Positions 51,509 through 64,000 of a stretch of 64,000 nucleotides of DNA are shown here, one piece after another. The stretch's first letter is position 1, and each line of letters begins with the position of its first letter. This DNA comes from Negaprion brevirostris (taxonomy: Eukaryota), in the NCBI GenBank assembly GCA_030324005.1, contig JARDVH010000099.1:52060849-52124848 (forward strand). The letters run 5' to 3'. The position numbers were made by a program, and so were the translations under genes. The notes beneath the pieces were generated by a model that did no database searches, was not told where the DNA came from, and was given only the letters and a program-made list of their open reading frames with translations.

Positions 51509-53124
51509 AAAACCTGAGAAATCCTGATGCATTACAGTATAGCACTTGCAAATAAATGTGGTCTACTGAGATATGGTCCTTCTAATCCTTATCTAAATTG
51601 CAATTAACACTTCACAGCTACAGATATCTGCGCAAAACCCAAGCTGTGTTCTGTTATTTTTTTTGTTATTGGACGAAAATCAAATCAATCTTCAAATAGG
51701 ATTGGAATGAAAGAGGCTGATCTCTAATTGCACGAGCAGATAACAATTTCATACTTTCTGCCCAAGTACAGCCATCAGGCTGCAGGAGGAGCAAATAAAG
51801 AAATTAGCCAGGAAACAGTGCCACTGTATAACATTTCATTATATTCCTCATCATGTGCCAGATAGCGCAGGGCAAATATTTGAAAAATAAACAAACAGTC
51901 GTAAGGCCGAAAGAAACGGAGCATTGTGCTTTATGTGTAGGGCTAGCTTTCTTCAAATAATTTGTCACCCTTGATAGTCACAAAATGAAGTCATGAGGGC
52001 TTCATAAGGGAGTGTTTATGAATTTCTTATCAAAATCTCATGTGGCGCCATCCCAATTATCAGGTAAGAACAATCATATTAGAAAACACATCGGCTGTTT
52101 AATGTAATTTGCAATTGTTAAAAAAAACAAACAGACGTACAGTAATTCCATTGCAATTAATCTCCAATCTAAACATGGCAGCGCATAGAGAGAGAATAAA
52201 ATACAGTCTGTGTTAACTGATGCAGGCCTCTTAATCTACCATGACTGAATGCGCTTATCATCTCTGCTACACTTAGCTAAGTTATTTCTTTGTCCAAACA
52301 TTAAGGGGAAAAAAAATCAATTCAGCTCAGGTTTTCCCACATCTTCATATCACTTCTCATCTGAACTCTATGGAGGTAGAATTTCAATTACCTTGGAGAA
52401 CTCCCAGCGAGCCAGGATGAACACGGTCCTCCTGGTCACAGCCAGTAATTGTAGAGGGGTCTGCATCTTACATTTGATGATATGGCTTACAAAAATAGAT
52501 ATTCCAGTTATTTGATAAAGGTATAAAAGTCTTCTTACGGACATTGCCACTATTTCTCTGCTCTGTCAAGCAGCACATGAACAACTAATTCTGTTACTTT
52601 GTAAATGTAATAATTAACATATTTACAATGTGAAAAAAAATGCTGACTATAATTGTAGCTGCAACAAGGTTCCCCGGGGAGGATAAATGAACTTTGAATA
52701 TTCACTATTTGGTTGGGGAAAAAAATAATTAGCTTCCCATCTCATTCTCCTCTTTCCCATCAGATCACTCTTTTTAAAAGCATTCCCTTCAGCACAAAAC
52801 ATGAAAACAACATTGAATTTGCTTAAAAATCATTTGCAGCTCTTTAGTTAGGATATTAAATAGCTTCCTGCCTGTATGGAACAAGCAGCATTGGTAGACA
52901 CTTGAGCACATTTTGCAGTCAAGTTGCAAATATACAGTTGGTGCATGCTGTTGCTCTGTGGTTGAAGCGACAATGGGTTACACCCAGCTTGTGAGGAGTT
53001 CAGATCAGATCGCTAAAAGATGGGAAGCTTCCACTTTATATAAATTTACCCCCCCCATGCCTCCTTCAAGTTACAGTCACCTCGGTTACCAAAGATTTGC
53101 TATTGATTCAATTTTCAGAATTAT

Positions 53125-53443
53125 GTGATATATATGGATTTTAGTAAGGCGTTTGATAGGGTTCACCATGGTAGGCTTCTGCAGAAAATGCAGATGTATG
53201 GGATTGGGGGTAATCTAGGTACTTGGATCAGGAATTGGCTAGCGGATAGGAGACAGAGGGTGGTGGTTNNNNNNNNNNNNNNNNNNNNNNNNNNNNNNNN
53301 NNNNNNNNNNNNNNNNNNNNNNNNNNNNNNNNNNNNNNNNNNNNNNNNNNNNNNNNNNNNNNNNNNNNTTAAAAGCTGGTCGGCGCAACATCGTGGGCCG
53401 AAGGGCCTGTTCTGCGCTGTAATGTTCTATGTTCTATGTTCTA
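53125..53443 (+). mobile_element. CR1 LINE (RT fragment, N gap, 3' tail)
   Basis: VIYMDFSKAFDRVHHGRLLQKM..GIGGNLGTWIRNWLADRRQRVVV is the CR1 RT motif. After the gap comes GGGCCGAAGGGCCTGTTCTGCGCTGTA with (ATGTTCT)n. Confidence 0.93.
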
Positions 53444-53742
53444 TACTGCAAGTATCAAAGCACCAAGATGGGGTTTGTAGAACTCTACGAGTTAAGTAAC
53501 ACCATGCCAGAATATTATGGATGAATCTATAGCACTGTTGGCCCACATCCTTGTCTGGATGAGCATCAATGAAACCATAAATGGCACTCGGTTTCAGGCG
53601 ATTCTAAGTTTACTCCTCTACTTGTTTCTGCAATGTGATACTAATGTACCAAAGCCAGCCCTAAAATGCCATTTTATCTTCCATACTTTTATAAATATTA
53701 TTTAAAATGTCCTAAATGTCCTAAAGTGTTCAATTCAATTCA

Positions 53743-54045
53743 AGGGTGGCACATAGTGGTTAGCACTGCTGCCTCACAGCACCAGGAACCCGGGTTCAAT
53801 TCCTGACCTTGGCTCACTGTCTGTGTGGAGTTTGCACATTCTCCCTGTGTCTGCATGGGTTTCCTCCAGGTGCTCCGGTTTCCTCCCATAGTCCAAAAGA
53901 CATGCTGGTTAGGTGCACTGGCCATACTAAATTCTCCCTCAGTGTACCCAAACAGTTGCCGGGGTGTGCAACAAGGGGATTTTCTCAGTAACATCATTGC
54001 AGTGTTAATGTAAGCCCACTTGCGACAGTAATAAATAAACTTTAA
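53743..54045 (+). mobile_element. V-SINE with Rex1-like tail
   Basis: GGGTGGCACATAGTGGTTAGCACTGCTGCCTCACAGC..CCGGGTTCAATTCC..core..GGGGATTTTCTCAGTAACATCATTGCAGTGTTAATGTAAGCCCACTTGCGACAGTAATAAATAAAC. Confidence 0.92.
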
Positions 54046-55844
54046 AAAATATCTATACATTCACACTTTCTACTTTTAAATACACGCGTATGGAGACAAT
54101 TAATGAATGGCATTGTTCTTGAGCCAAACATAAGTATGCAAAAAAGCATATCGCCTTCAATATAGTGAAAAGAAAATTGCAAAATACTCATAACAAATTG
54201 GAGAAGATGTTCCAAATCAATCTACGGTTTTAGTTACAGTGATTTCATATAAAAGCAGCATACTGCCATCCACTGGGATTAAGTGTCTTCTCTTTACTGT
54301 TATATATTGTGGGCTGAAATCTAGGATGATGCACATTTTCTGCTATTTTAACTCAAAATTCAGAAATAATAAAAAATAACCTGAAACCCAATCAGCATAC
54401 TCCCATTATGCGTCTCAATCTAATTAGTAGCATAATTTCAGAGTACCAAACCACTTCCTAAGGACAGTATTTCAAACTGGTTCATCCTTTTTTTCAATAC
54501 AGAAAGGTCTGATCAAATGTCAATACATACTAGATGTGACTTAAAAACCTCAAGTCACAAGCGCGCTAAACCCTTTCTCGCTTTTGGTCGACAGAAAGTG
54601 TGAACTGCCCTATCGTTAACGCCATGAATATGTTAGCAAGTGAATAGCCCTGACCCTGGAGTTAATCCTTTAATCCCTTTGCATCTGTTTGCAACATTTC
54701 TGCAATCTTCTTTTTTGACAACTTATTTTTTTACACATTGTTAGCAATGAACCGGTCTAACGTTTTCAGTTTGTTTCATGGAATTCATTTAATGTCACAT
54801 TCCACTTAACATGTTACCAGCAAATCTTGTGTAACACAATAGCTACAATGCTCACTGTCAATCCAATACAGTCGTGTTTAAATAGCAACAAGGCACACAA
54901 ACAGAAGCTAAGGATGAAACGTCTAAAAGCAGTAGCAGTAATGGGTTAATTACAATAACTCTTCACTATCTTTCCACAATAAAGGGTTGCTTTATCCTGC
55001 CAGTTTGGAACTGCCAGATTTATGGAAGCACTTTAAGATGATTTATTCATCTTATGTTGCACTTTCAGTCTCAAAATATATTTATAATTCAGATGAAAAT
55101 ACATATACTGTAGAATAAATAATATCACAATNNNNNNNNNNTCTAATAAAATTTCTGTTTAGTGGTATAAAGAGAAACTACAAGGTTAGTGAAAATGCCA
55201 AATATTTATTCCAAAGTAACAAGGATCCTTTTGCTTGAAGCTGAATTCTGCATTACACTCTGGCTTAAAGGTTAGAAAGATGAAACAATTCAAATGGTCT
55301 TCAGTCAAGAAAAACCTTGCTCTATGCTTTTTATTTTACAACATTCGAAATGTTTGCGTAGCATTTTACCAAAGGACGTTTTTAAACATGTTACAACAAA
55401 TGTAACTATGTTGAGAAATAAATCCAGTGACTAATGAACTTAATTCTCTCAAAATTACACACAAATACTGCAATTGTATCAGAATTTAATCAGCTTCTGG
55501 CACTGGTGCATATAAATAGTACTCACAAGGAGGATTACACTTTGGAAGGAGGAGAAATAAGATGCCTAGAACAAAGATTTAGTGCTAAAGGAGCGATTGA
55601 TCACAAAGTGGCTGAGTTACATCAATAGTTGGGAAGTGGATTGAAAGACAGTTTATACTCAGAGTTTGAATTTTTATACACAAAATACACGTTAAACCTA
55701 TTATTTAGATTGGGCTTGTCTTTTTAGGAAGTGTTTTGGATGTGATGATTGATATTCCTTTGGTTTTCTTCACGTTATGTTCTCTGTTTCATCAATGAAA
55801 CAATAAAATTCTATCTTGATGTAAAGAATTTGAACAAAACCTTC

Positions 55845-57150
55845 GGCCCACATTTTGCCGCGACTGGAGAGGCTGTACGTAATGCTAAAATGGTTGAAGT
55901 GGCCAAAGATTCTTAAGTTCCCGCCCTCCCCCAAAACATGGCACACTGCATTTTGGAAGGGGTGAGAATGTTTCACGTATTCATGGTTTATGGAGGCAGC
56001 TGGCCATTTAAATCAACAGCTGCCTCCACTGAAGTGGGACTTGATAAGAGCAGGATTGAACTTTCTGGATTTGTTTAAACAGTCAGAGCGCGTCCCTTTG
56101 GAGAGATAAGGTGCCCCTTTGGATCTGATCCTGGGACACCTTTGAGGGAGTTCAGGTGCCCTTTGGAACTGTTAAAACTCAACTTAAATGTGTGTATAAA
56201 GTGCATAAATTAATTGTGGTCAAGCTCATTGGAATCGTCAATAGACAGTCCAAAATCAACTGTCAAAACTGTCAGAAGCACCTGTTTAAGGGAGCTGTCA
56301 AACTGTCAAAACATTTAAAATTCTGCTCTTTAAATCTGTATAGGAAATGTCTGGAGCTTACAAAAATGATTGCTTGTTTGGACTCCATGCACCCTGGACA
56401 TTCTCTCTTCCCCATCTTCTGTCAGGAAAAAGACACAAAGGCTGAAGTCACGCACCAACCGACTCAAGAGCAGCTTCTTCCCTGCTGCCATCAGACTTTT
56501 GAATGGAACTACCTTATATTATGTTGATCTTTCTCTACACTCTAGCTATGACTTTAACACCACATTCTGCACCCTCTCCTTTCCTTCTCTATGAATAGTA
56601 TGCTTTGTACAGCACATAAGAAACAATACTTTACACTGTATACTAATACATGTGACAATAATAAATCAAATCAAAAAAACCATCTATTGACATATGCCTG
56701 AGGGCATCATTATTGGATAAGAGCTGCATAACTGATTTCGCAACCATCCATTATCACAGTAGGGTGCCTGCTATTTCAGTTTGATTGACAGCTATAATCG
56801 GTTCTGAACTTTTTGTTATGGGACCATGAATTTCATGGCTTGTTGTTATAAGTGACTGTGCATTTGAATGAAATGTTTGTTGTTATAAGGCTTTACATGG
56901 TTGAAGGTACGTAAATGTACTAAATGGGCTTTTATGAATGAGAACGTTTTTTGATATAGTGAAGTTTGCAATGGACACTTAGAAGTTTACTTTATTGAAC
57001 ATTATTTTATCCAAACTCTGCATGGGTCCTGAGTTCTGCCTGTGTTGGTTACAGGGCGAGTTGGTATGGTATGTGTAAGGATCCTGGGATTGAGTGGAGG
57101 AGCTATAAAGGGCCATGTGGGGTGGTTGAAAGGGAACTGGTTGGCATAGG
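55845..57150. mobile_element. Second copy of the 29509-30865 element family, interrupted by Rex1
   Basis: Colinear motifs with 29790-30170 on both sides of the Rex1 insertion. Confidence 0.6.
56380..56675 (+). mobile_element. Rex1/Babar LINE 3' fragment
   Basis: DSMHPGHSLF.. / ..LKSRTNRLKSSFFPAAIRLLN is the Rex1 C-terminal motif. Tail CATGTGACAATAATAAATCAAATCAAA. Confidence 0.85.
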
Positions 57151-57156
57151 GACTTT

Positions 57157-57454
57157 AAAGTTTATTTATTAGTATCTCAAGCAGGTTTACATTAACACTG
57201 CAACTAAATTACTGTAAAAATCTGCTAGTTGCTACACTCGGGCGTCAGTTTGGGTACATTGAGGGAGAATTTGTCATGGCCAATGTACCTAACCAGCACG
57301 TCTTTCACACTGTGGGAGGAAACCGGAGCACCGAGGGGATACCCATGCAGATGCAGGGAGAACGTGCAGACTCCACACAGATAGTGACCCAAACCAGGAA
57401 TCAAACCTGGTTTCCTGATGCTGTGAGGCAGCAGTGCTAACTACTGTGCCACCG
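57157..57454 (-). mobile_element. V-SINE with Rex1-like tail
   Basis: AAAGTTTATTTATTAGT..ACATTAACACTGCAA..TGTGGGAGGAAACCGGAGCACC..GCTGTGAGGCAGCAGTGCTAACTACTGTGCCACCGT. Confidence 0.9.
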
Positions 57455-59671
57455 TAGGAGAAGAGTTATATTGCCAAATAGAAGTTGGCAAGAATATGCG
57501 AAGACAGGTAGAATGTGAGCTGCCAGCGAAGGTGGGTCTGGAGCAGGCTGAAGCACAAAACAGNNNNNNNNNNNNNNNNNNNNNNNNNNNNNNNNNNNNN
57601 NNNNNNNNNNNNNNNNNNNNNNNNNNNNNNNNNNNNNNNNNNNNNNNNNNNNNNNNNNNNNNNAAGCACAAAACAGGGCCCAATGATGGAAGAAAGGAAT
57701 GCAGAGGAAACTACAATCGTGGCATCTGACCTGAATCAGCACATATAATTTTTTGAAGAAACCAATTAACCTCCTCAACTTTTTTGAATGTATTGTATAA
57801 CAATATTTTACTGTTGTAATGTGAGGTGTTCAAATGTGAAGCATAAAATAAAGTTTCATTAGGTTGGCTGGTACAAAATAAAAATCAATTTTTAGGTAGC
57901 ATTAATATAGTCACTGACATTTTAACTGGTTTCAAATGGCTACTTACTTCAACCTGTGTTTCCACCAACAGTCTGTAACCGTTATTACGTATTCACAGAA
58001 GTCAGTTGTCTATCGGTGCAAATCTACGTAAGAAGACATCAACTACTAATAATAATCAACCATTTCTTAACTGTGCTTTCTTCAAGCAAAATCTAAACAA
58101 GGCGCAAAGTTAATTCTGGATATCCACCAATGGATCTCAACTTTCAGCACCCAACAGCAGAGCTGTGATAGTGAACATCTAAAAATCTGCTGGAGAAATG
58201 ATATAATATTGCATACACATGCATATAAGCACTGACATTTCTCCCTTAATGACATGCTTCAGTCTATTAAGTTTAAGGCAGTTATTTATTCATCAATGTG
58301 ACTTATACAATATATTTAGTAGTATCACAACTAGTAGGCTTAGATATTAAATAACAACTACATGCACTGGTACCTTTGAGAAGGCTAGGCTGCATGATGC
58401 CCTTTGAACTTTGAGCCCTAGATTTAATGGGATGAAAGTCTCCTCTTTTAGCTGGCTGTATGAGTGCTAAGTAAAAAAACAGTTTCAACACATTTCCTGG
58501 TATCCACAAGTCAACAGCCCAATTTGCTCATAATTCGACACAAATTGCCACGATTACCAGCTTCACTGAGATAAGGCTTGGCTGGGAATGAAAAGGAAGA
58601 AAATTTCACTGACTGATTAAGAGACATTTTCTCAGAGAGGGGTTAAAGTAAAGAAAGTGTCACTCTGCATTTGTGCCCTGATGTGGGACTAATCCTGCCA
58701 TCATAATCCTGCAACCATCACAGGCTGCCCAAATTTTCCCAAAGTAAGGCCCTATTTTGTGCCAGAGGCAGATCTACTGTCCCCACTGCAGGCCTGCCTC
58801 GGCTGCCATCTTTCTTTTTGTGAGTTCCAATGATGCCCTACAAGGATCAACCTCAGTTGCCAACATTTAAAAATGCAGATATAAGTCTCCTGAGCCCTAT
58901 GAGAGAAGCGTCATCAAAATCAACGCCATCCCAAAATTCAGCCATTCCATGGATTTATCACCATGCCAGTATCCCTCCCCTGCTATCTCCCTCCATGTTA
59001 ATGCCAATGACACCTTTCAGTCCCTAAAATTTCTGTAATGTAACTTCCAAGAGGTTCCCGCATCTTCTGTCCTGCCTCTGTGGTTGTTCTCACTTCTTCT
59101 CACTTAGTAGGGTTCCAGATGGCTTTGAAGGCCACCTGCCCCAGTGAAAATCTACAATGTTCCAACCTTAAGCAAGTTTCCTGTCCCATGCCTTTTGCTG
59201 TGCTCCTCAAAATGTCCACAAGCGGCCATGGAATTTGGATTCTGCCAACGCCACCTGGCCATGAACAGAGGCATGAACATCCATGCCTTTGTATTTGCCC
59301 TTGGAGTGCTCAAATATGTGGAAAACAAAATGCGTTCCAATGCATCAACACCGATATGATTCATCTCAATAATAAGGATAACATATTTTGAGTGCACACA
59401 TAATCAATCTATACAGATGAGCAATACTTGGTTTATGACCCAGGGCTAAAGCCTCAAAAAGAGAACAATGGCTCATGGTGATATAAACTGGTATGGGCTG
59501 CGCTCAACGTTTCAATGTAAAACAAGCACACAATATTCTAACTTAGCAGTTGCATGGTCTGCACCCAATCTGCACTGATGTTGGTCCACTGCAAAACGAG
59601 TAAGCCCGTATTTTAGGAGCTTGTGCTAAGTACAGGCCATTGTTATTGGTGGTCCCTCAAATGACATCTAC

Positions 59672-60520
59672 TCAGGGTTGTAGGCTTCTGCGATGGGTCT
59701 TCATGTAACCGAACAAGCTGATTCTCAACCCACGGATCTTTGAGTACGAGAGGCAGGGTATCCCTATGAGGCAGTGAGATCCGGAGTGCTGGATTTGCTT
59801 CCCTTCCTTTCCGTAATTGTCACCGCTTTGCCTTATCATTAAGATGCTGTGACTCAAAATGTGATGCTGCTTGAACAAGTAGTCACCGTTCTGGTTGGCA
59901 GATTGGCAGCAATTCAAGGAGAGTTTCAGAGTGTCTTTTTGGCGCTTTCTTTGTCCTCCCCTGGAATGTTGGCCATTTGAGAGCTGACAAAACAGGAACT
60001 GGCAGGGGTGCTTTTTGGTCACTTGGCTAGTGTCCAGCCCATCAAAGTTGATTTTGCAGGAGTTTTGCCTGAATGCTTGTGGAAATGGCTCCAAGAAGGA
60101 TACTAGTATTTGTTCGCCAAATCCTGCCACTGAATCCTGAGGATGCAGCGCAGACATTGCTGAGGGAGTTTCTCCAGTGCTCTTATATGTCACTGATATA
60201 CAATTAAGCTCTTTCTGTAATAGCACAGGACAATGCTGATGAGAACTGCTCTGTGCATTATGACTTCTCTGACTTGTAAAGGGCTTTGTTGTCAAACACT
60301 TACTGCTTTAGTTTGTAGCTGGCACAGTGTTGGATCTCCTCAGCAATGGTGGCCTTTTGGCAGGTCTGGCTGGTAAGCTATGAGATGTGCTCAACATATT
60401 CCAGAGTTTCCCTTTCAAGATCTCAGAGGTGGAATTTTGGGCTGACCAACTGTGGGTTGATATAAGTTTGGTTTCAGTGACATTCAGTATAAGCCAAGTT
60501 TCTTGTGCACTGAACTGGAG
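59672..60520 (-). mobile_element. RTE-clade LINE, decayed 3' part of the ORF
   Basis: Minus-strand LFCQLSNGQHSRGGQRKRQKDTLKLSLN matches the RTE C-terminal motif L..EL..G.R..GGQ.KR.KD.LK.SL; LILNVTETKL lies upstream; many frameshifts. Confidence 0.8.
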
Positions 60521-61904
60521 CGACCAAGAGGAGTTAATGTTACTTAGCCGCACTTCATACAGGCCGTTTAGTTAATTAGGGGCCAAACATATATTAAGGC
60601 ACCTCTTTGACAAACTGGTCCCATGTTTTACCCTGTCAGGATCTGTTAATGATCCCAATGACCAACAACCAAAGGTATGTATGTGTTCAAAATTTGTTTT
60701 CCATCTTTCTGCAGAGGAATCTCACCCACTGGCCCCACCCAACCCTAACTCACTTCAACTCCCTGAAGGGATTCACCCAAGGGCTACTGCTGGCAGGGCA
60801 ATTGACGCTAAATTAGTCTCTCAGGCAACGGGATAAGTTGCCGGTGGTAGTACAAAAGTGGCGAGGACCAATTTCCATACATCCTCAGATGTCTCTGTTT
60901 GGGCCACACTGAATCCACAGCACTAAGTCTGGGTGTGAGAACAGGCCCAGATTAATATCTACCCTGTGACTTGACATCCTACTGCTAAACAGCAACTACT
61001 GCCTGCTGATATTGCAGGCTGCTGCCTAGGGTCTGCCTCGAGCAATTGAAAATGTTTCTCATTTAGAAAATAAATGTATCTCTTGGGCACAATAAGATTA
61101 CATTGGCTGAAAATTGTTGGCTGCAGTTGGTAAATTATTCCCCTTGGTTTATGGAAGTGACCTCAAGTATGCAGTAATACCCTCACTCTTTGGCGCTGAA
61201 TGTTATAACTATCTTGGCGGTTCTCGTAATCTTTGGGTCAATCGTCAATGGTCTCCCAAATTGCAGCCAATATTTGTAACGCCAACAGAGATTTAGGCTT
61301 GCCCAAACAAAAAGTGTAACAGGTTTAGGAAGTGCATAATGTACTCGTAACATAGCAGGAGTCAAGCATTCCTACATTTGTCTTCAATGTTTAGCCCAAT
61401 GGGTCATCCATCAAGAAGAGAATTATGTCATGCCTTCCCAAATTTTGACTTCAAGTAAAACGCGGCATTCAAATATTTCTGAATTGATCAGTTAACTCTA
61501 GGTTGCCAATTAAATGTAACAAATGTTCCCTCAAAAGTTTATTTAAAAATATAAATGCTCTGACCAATTTATGATTTCAAAGCAAGAGTTACTTGGTCAA
61601 ATTCTTTGCATAATGAATCAGGTTTTTCTAGGTGGACACTCCAAGAAAAATTGGCGATTCGGAGAAAGAAATGGAGTTTAGTGTGATAAAAAAGGAACTT
61701 AGCCTGTGTAGAATATGTATCAGGATGAGTTACAGATATCATTGCAGCTTACAGAACAGCTCCAAACCTTTTCTTTCCTATGGTTACGCTGCTGACATGA
61801 TTTTGTCATGATTGCACAAGCTAAGTTTGAAAAAAACAGATAATCCAACTTTGAAAAAATAAATACAAACTTCCATGGGTTAAGATTAATATTCCCAATT
61901 TATT

Positions 61905-62213
61905 TAAAATTCGTTTGTTAGTGTCACAAGTAGACTTACATTCATTCACACTTAAATGAAGTTACAGTGAAAATCTCCTAGTTGCCACACTCCGGCGCCT
62001 CTTTGGATACATTAAGGGAGAATCTAGCATGGCCCATTCGCCTAACCAGCATCTCCTTCAAATTGTGGGAGGAAACCAGAGCACGCGGAAGAAGCCACGC
62101 AGAATTGAAGAGAATGTGCAGGCTTTGCACAGACAGTGATCCGAGCCAGGAATCGAACCCAAGTCCCTGTGACAGTGAAGCAGCAATGCTAACCACTGTA
62201 TCATTGTGCCACA
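61905..62213 (-). mobile_element. V-SINE with Rex1-like tail
   Basis: TTAGTGTCACAAGTAGACTTACATT..GTGAAAATCTCCTAGTTGCCACACTCCGGCGCC..TGTGGGAGGAAACCAGAGCAC..GGAATCGAACCC..GCTAACCACTG. Confidence 0.88.
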
Positions 62214-64000
62214 CCTTTCATTGTACATTGCAATACATACAGAAAGGATGCTGCATAAATATGTTCAAGCAGTTCCAGTGGACCAGAATTAGAGGTCTGT
62301 GGGCTGAAAATCAAGTTGCAAGTGTAAAAGCAAATTAAAAAAGTCATTCTGTAGTTCTGAATGAAAGCCTAACTTTTTTTTGCAACTGAGCTTGCAATAT
62401 TAAACAGGCGTTTCTCTGTACACCACAGAGTTTGTTTGCATCATCACATAACAATATGCACCGAATGGGCCAATGTACAAGATCACAGGATGAAGCAGTT
62501 TGGCAACACACTGGCTGCTGTCTTAAGAATGAGAGAACTCTGGATAAAGATCAAACAGATCCAAAGTAACCCTAATTCCCCAAAACAATAACGATTATTG
62601 CATTTGACTCTTTCTCGATGAAAAACAACACGCAAATTCTAACTTTCTCTGTTAATCCCACTGAAAGGCTGTCAATTCATCTCTCGCAACGGAACAATGC
62701 AAAGCATTCAAATAGTTACCCACGACCCTCCCACTGAATGAATGTTCTCCAAGAAGATACCACTAAAGTTTTTTGCATGGCTCTCCAACCCTAACTTTGC
62801 ACGCTTCAAATCACTTACAGAGATCTACTTCACGGAGAGAGGCTTGGAAAGGATCGCACGTAGGAGCCAGGGAAGACAGTTTAAAATCATTCTTGGATAA
62901 CAATCAGATTTAAAAGTATTGCAGTAAATCGATACTCCTAATATTACTGAATTCATGAAATTTAACATCAGTACAAAGGCTCTGTTATGGTTCTTTCATT
63001 AATTTCCTTCTGATTACAGGAAGTATTATAATTAAGTATAATGCAATATTGTTAAATGCTCAAATCAAAAGAAAGAACTTGCATTTATGCCAAATACAGA
63101 AATCTCTGGAAAAAAGAGGGTAGAGGTTATAAGGTCTTTCAGAAAAATTGGAAACCAGTACTAAAATAAAAGGGCCAAATCATACCAGAAAAAACGGCAG
63201 TGCATTATTTCCGGCAAGAAAAAAGCCGGTTTTCTCTCCAGATCTCACAGCACACTGTCAACAAAACATTAGAGGGGGCATGTTTCATGCTGTCATACAG
63301 GGGATGGGACCTCAACACGCCGGCAAAACCTGGCTGCACAGAAACTGGGACACCATCTTGAATGGGCACCCTGATCATCACCTAAATACATCTGAGTAAA
63401 CCTCCCCATCAGCCCACCGCGGAGGTCTGTAGCTTCCCATCCCCAGTTGGAGTCGTTACTTCTCTACCACTCACCATCTCCCCCGCGCCACCCCCCCCCC
63501 CCACCCCTCATCATTGGCCTCTTCCCTCCCCCACCCCAATCACAGGACCCTTACCCCCCCACAACTCCCCCGATCATCACTCCTACCCCCAAATCACTGG
63601 CTCCTTCTCCNNNNNNNNNNNNNNNNNNNNNNNNNNNNNNNNNNNNNNNNNNNNNNNNNNNNNNNNNNNNNNNNNNNNNNNNNNNNNNNNNNNNNNNNNN
63701 NNNNNNNNNNCCTACCCCCCACAGTCTGAGCTCGCACGGAGAGCGAGTGTGGGCTCAAGACCACACTCAAGCAGTCTTCCCTCAGAATTGTCATTGTTGC
63801 AGGTTGCAGAGAAGGTAATTATTTTTATGTTTGTCACGGGCAGTTTTTAACTGGGTCTCTCTCTCATTTTAGCTCATTCTGACCTGAAGGTGCTGATTTA
63901 TACCCAGCCACAAGTCACCGTCCGCTACTTCAGACAAGTACCTTTTATCAACATGTTACACAGGACAACGAGTGCTGCCAAGCCATGCTTGGCATCGCAT

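Overview
Eukaryotic genomic DNA, almost certainly from a shark or other elasmobranch (HE1/V-SINEs, shark-type CR1, Rex1, RTE and PIF/Harbinger repeats), from a gapped assembly. The window holds the 5' half of the nuclear receptor gene ESRRG (estrogen-related receptor gamma) on the minus strand: promoter and 5'UTR, coding exon 1 (44398-44343, MDLVELCLPESFSLHYDE.., missed by the ORF track), exon 2 (19443-19031, AF-1 plus zinc finger 1) and exon 3 (16618-16502, zinc finger 2). All three have canonical, phase-compatible splice sites. I did not find the hinge or ligand-binding exons; they probably lie left of position 1. The rest is intronic or upstream DNA with repeat-poor blocks that look like conserved non-coding elements, and repeat-rich blocks including a decayed full-length Harbinger transposon and many related MITEs. 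Best leads: two candidate in-frame microexons (15 nt in intron 1; 18 nt at the zinc finger 2/C-terminal extension junction), a strong-Kozak uORF overlapping the long-isoform start, a ~1.2 kb intronic inverted duplication, a 38-bp direct repeat bracketing a ~2.1 kb block, and a SINE family with two alternative LINE-derived tails. No prokaryotic-type system, CRISPR array or structural RNA gene is supported. Repeat boundaries are estimates by eye.
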